From Podarcis tiliguerta (taxonomy: Eukaryota): 64,000 nucleotides of DNA. The stretch lies in the NCBI GenBank assembly GCA_965153285.1, contig OZ229114.1; one strand, 5' to 3'. Made by a program: the position numbers and the translations under genes. The notes beneath the pieces are model-generated. The model was not told the DNA's origin. It saw only the letters and a list, made by a program, of their open reading frames with translations, and made no database searches. Below are positions 61,627-64,000 of this stretch, in pieces (the stretch's first letter is position 1; every line of letters starts with the position of its first letter).

Positions 61627-62053
61627 GGATGGGGGAGAAATTTGATTCAGTTTGCATTTAAAGGAGAACTTACCTAATTCACACTTTTTTTGAAACGTGC
61701 AGACTGAAACACAGCTATCCTTTGAAATCTGCCCATCTCTGAATTTTGCAGTTCAGTTCCCCAGCTGTGTAGCTTGTTCTGTAATGTCTATACTAGGTGT
61801 GAGTATAAATACATATTTTAGTAAAAATAACACATTATATTAAGGGAAAATGCTTTGCAAAAAAAATGTACACAAGGAAACATTGCATACCAAAAGTGTA
61901 TATTGAGAGAAAGTTGCACTACAATTCTGATGAATTTTCATGAAAACTTGTTTTTTAAAAAACATGCTAACTGATGTGTAAAGGTGGAGAATCGAAATTA
62001 AGATTGCAAAAATGACAGAGAGAAACCAAAAGCAATACCTTTGCCCATCCCCT
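61627..62053. mobile_element. Non-autonomous DNA element with short TIRs
   Basis: ggatggggga ... tgcccatccc termini around an AT-rich interior. Confidence 0.5.
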
Positions 62054-63539
62054 GCTAGCCCTTTTCTTTAAAAAGGTCGCAACCCAGTTCAATACTCTTG
62101 GCAAGTCTACATTAACCTGGTGTGCCACTATGGCTGGGGCACCAGGTTGGAGAAGGCTGCTGTGCTAAGAGCCTTAGGATTCTGATGAACAGGGCATTGA
62201 CCATTAATCTCCAACTGAGGCTGCCTAAGGCTGTGGAGCAGGGTCCTCTTTCTGCTGCTCTCCCTCATTCCTGATGCACAGCCAATCTGCTATCTTCGGC
62301 AAAGGCTATCCCCGGTGCAGCTCTGAGAAGCCCCCCTCCACCTCAATGAATAGAACAAGTCTCCAGAGTGACTGTAGGCTCTGTAGGGTAGGGCCCATCA
62401 CCTGCTATCAGGGACTGGCAGCATGCTGAAGAGTGTGCACCAGGGAAAGTGGGGCTGGAGTCTTGAAAGAGGGGATCAGCGATTTGTGGTGAACTGTTCT
62501 GGACAGGAGGCAAGAGCTGGAGAAAGGGGAAGCCTCAGAGCTGGAGCATAGGATGGGTCGGAAGAAGAGGAGGAAAAGGCAGGCCAGGCAAGTGAAGGGC
62601 CAGCTGCTTCCCACCTTCTCCTGCACCACTGTCTCCCAGAACCAGGAGGGGACTGAAAAGGGATGAGCAGAGGAAGTTGCCACATAGGCACAGTCTCTGG
62701 CTGCGTGTGTGCAGCTCGTCGGGAAGGTACATAAACTGGTGGAGGGGACTGGTTCCCTGGTGCTGCAACTGCTCCATAGAACGCGGACCTGGGAATAGCT
62801 GCCTAGACAAAAGACTGGTGTGCGTAGGTATCCAGAGCTGTAGAAGCAACTATAAGGACTCAGCTGCAAATTGAACGTTTTAAGTGTGTTTTAAGTGCAA
62901 TATACAATGTGACACTAGATGGCAATGGTGAGCCTTATGGAAAATTCAATATTTTTTTTATTTAAAAAAACTATTTTCAGAACATTTTTTAATATATGTG
63001 TAGATTCCACTTAAGTGTTACAATTGACAGCAAATACTTCACTATCCTCCATGTGCATTTTTTTGGCTGGAAAGCAACCTTGACACCTTCTTAGCTTCAG
63101 CAAAGTATCTGTGTCATGTTCCACCCTCAAGTAGTGGAAGGTGACCCACTAAGCCAAATGAGGCACTGCCCCACCAACCTCAGCTAGCCCTCACCTGCCT
63201 TCCCTTCTTACCTGTAACCAGTCCAAGAGGCAGCAGCAACTGCCAGCTTCCTCCTCCCTAGTCTCAGTGTTGCACCTGGTAGAACTCAGCAAGGAGGAAG
63301 ATGGGGGCAAGAATTAGCCTGCACTGCCTGCCATTGGCTCTGGCGCCACCTATTGTTGGGCTCCCTGCATTCTGCCCCACCAGACCCAATGGGCGCCAGC
63401 CACCACTGCCATCAGACCATTTCCTGGGTCATCTCTCCATTTTGAAGCAGCAGTTCCTGGTTCCTGGGCCTGCTCTTCCTGGGCCACCCCCCTGCCCTGC
63501 AGCTTCCCAGTGGCAGCAGCACAAGCCAGGATCTTCCTG

Positions 63540-64000
63540 TTTCCAAATGGTGCCGTTCGCCACGAATCCTACGCCGGCGTTTCCCTGCAGCTAAATCTCT
63601 CGCCGGAGCCGGACAGCCATCAATAGCACTCGGTTAATTAATTTGATGGGAACAGCAGGGAGCGCCGTTTGCACTTAGTGAAGTTCCCAGAAACTTCCAA
63701 GCTCATCTCTGTAATTGGCCTCATAAATTTGAGGAAAGAGAGAGCTCAGCAAAGCACACGGGAAGGAGAAGGAGGGGAGCAGCATGCCGTGGCGGCCTTA
63801 GTTAATTTTATTGGAGAAATTCATCTTCCCTTCCCCTGCCGCTCGCTCTCCCTCCTGATTTGCCTAATCATGATAAACTCCCATTCATATGTGCACCTAC
63901 TGCACAGCTATTCGCCGCCCTAAAATATTGACTCATGAATATTAAGCACCCTCATTAACATGCAAAACCAGCGGGTGCCATCTCTTCTGCCTATCCGAGC
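63540..64000. promoter_or_regulatory. Candidate conserved enhancer downstream of POLL, running off the window
   Basis: CpG-retaining; clustered TAATTA, TAATTGG, TTTTATTGG, CTCATAAA and TGACTCA sites. Confidence 0.55.

Noticed and set aside
62408-62874. Overlapping 153, 104 and 71 aa ORFs as possible BTRC exons
   Set aside because: No WD40/BTRC similarity; low-complexity purine-rich sequence. BTRC is expected beyond the window.

Overview
This is a vertebrate genomic window, almost certainly from a lacertid or other squamate lizard, judged by its Sauria SINE, Bov-B, Squam3-type SINEs and lacertid-type L2 repeats. It covers the conserved FBXW4-DPCD-POLL block of the LBX1/BTRC/POLL/DPCD/FBXW4/FGF8 (SHFM3) locus. 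It holds the last four coding exons of FBXW4 (+), complete DPCD (-, 6 exons, 203 aa) and complete POLL/DNA polymerase lambda (+, 8 coding exons plus a likely non-coding exon 1, 575 aa). DPCD and POLL sit head-to-head on a compact CpG-island promoter containing an RFX X-box and two ETS sites. Introns and intergenic DNA carry many TEs (Bov-B, L2, CR1, SINEs, Tc1/mariner-type and hAT-type MITEs, a decayed piggyBac transposase). They also carry several TE-free, TF-motif-dense blocks that are candidate FGF8 long-range enhancers. I found no unambiguous new gene system. The best leads are regulatory (enhancer candidates, X-box promoter, MITE-borne ZNF143-like motifs, CTCF-like sites) and lineage-specific POLL differences (extra intron, G421E, loss of the proline-rich CDK sites, overlapping uORF). 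Human protein comparisons and TE family names are from memory and should be confirmed by alignment.
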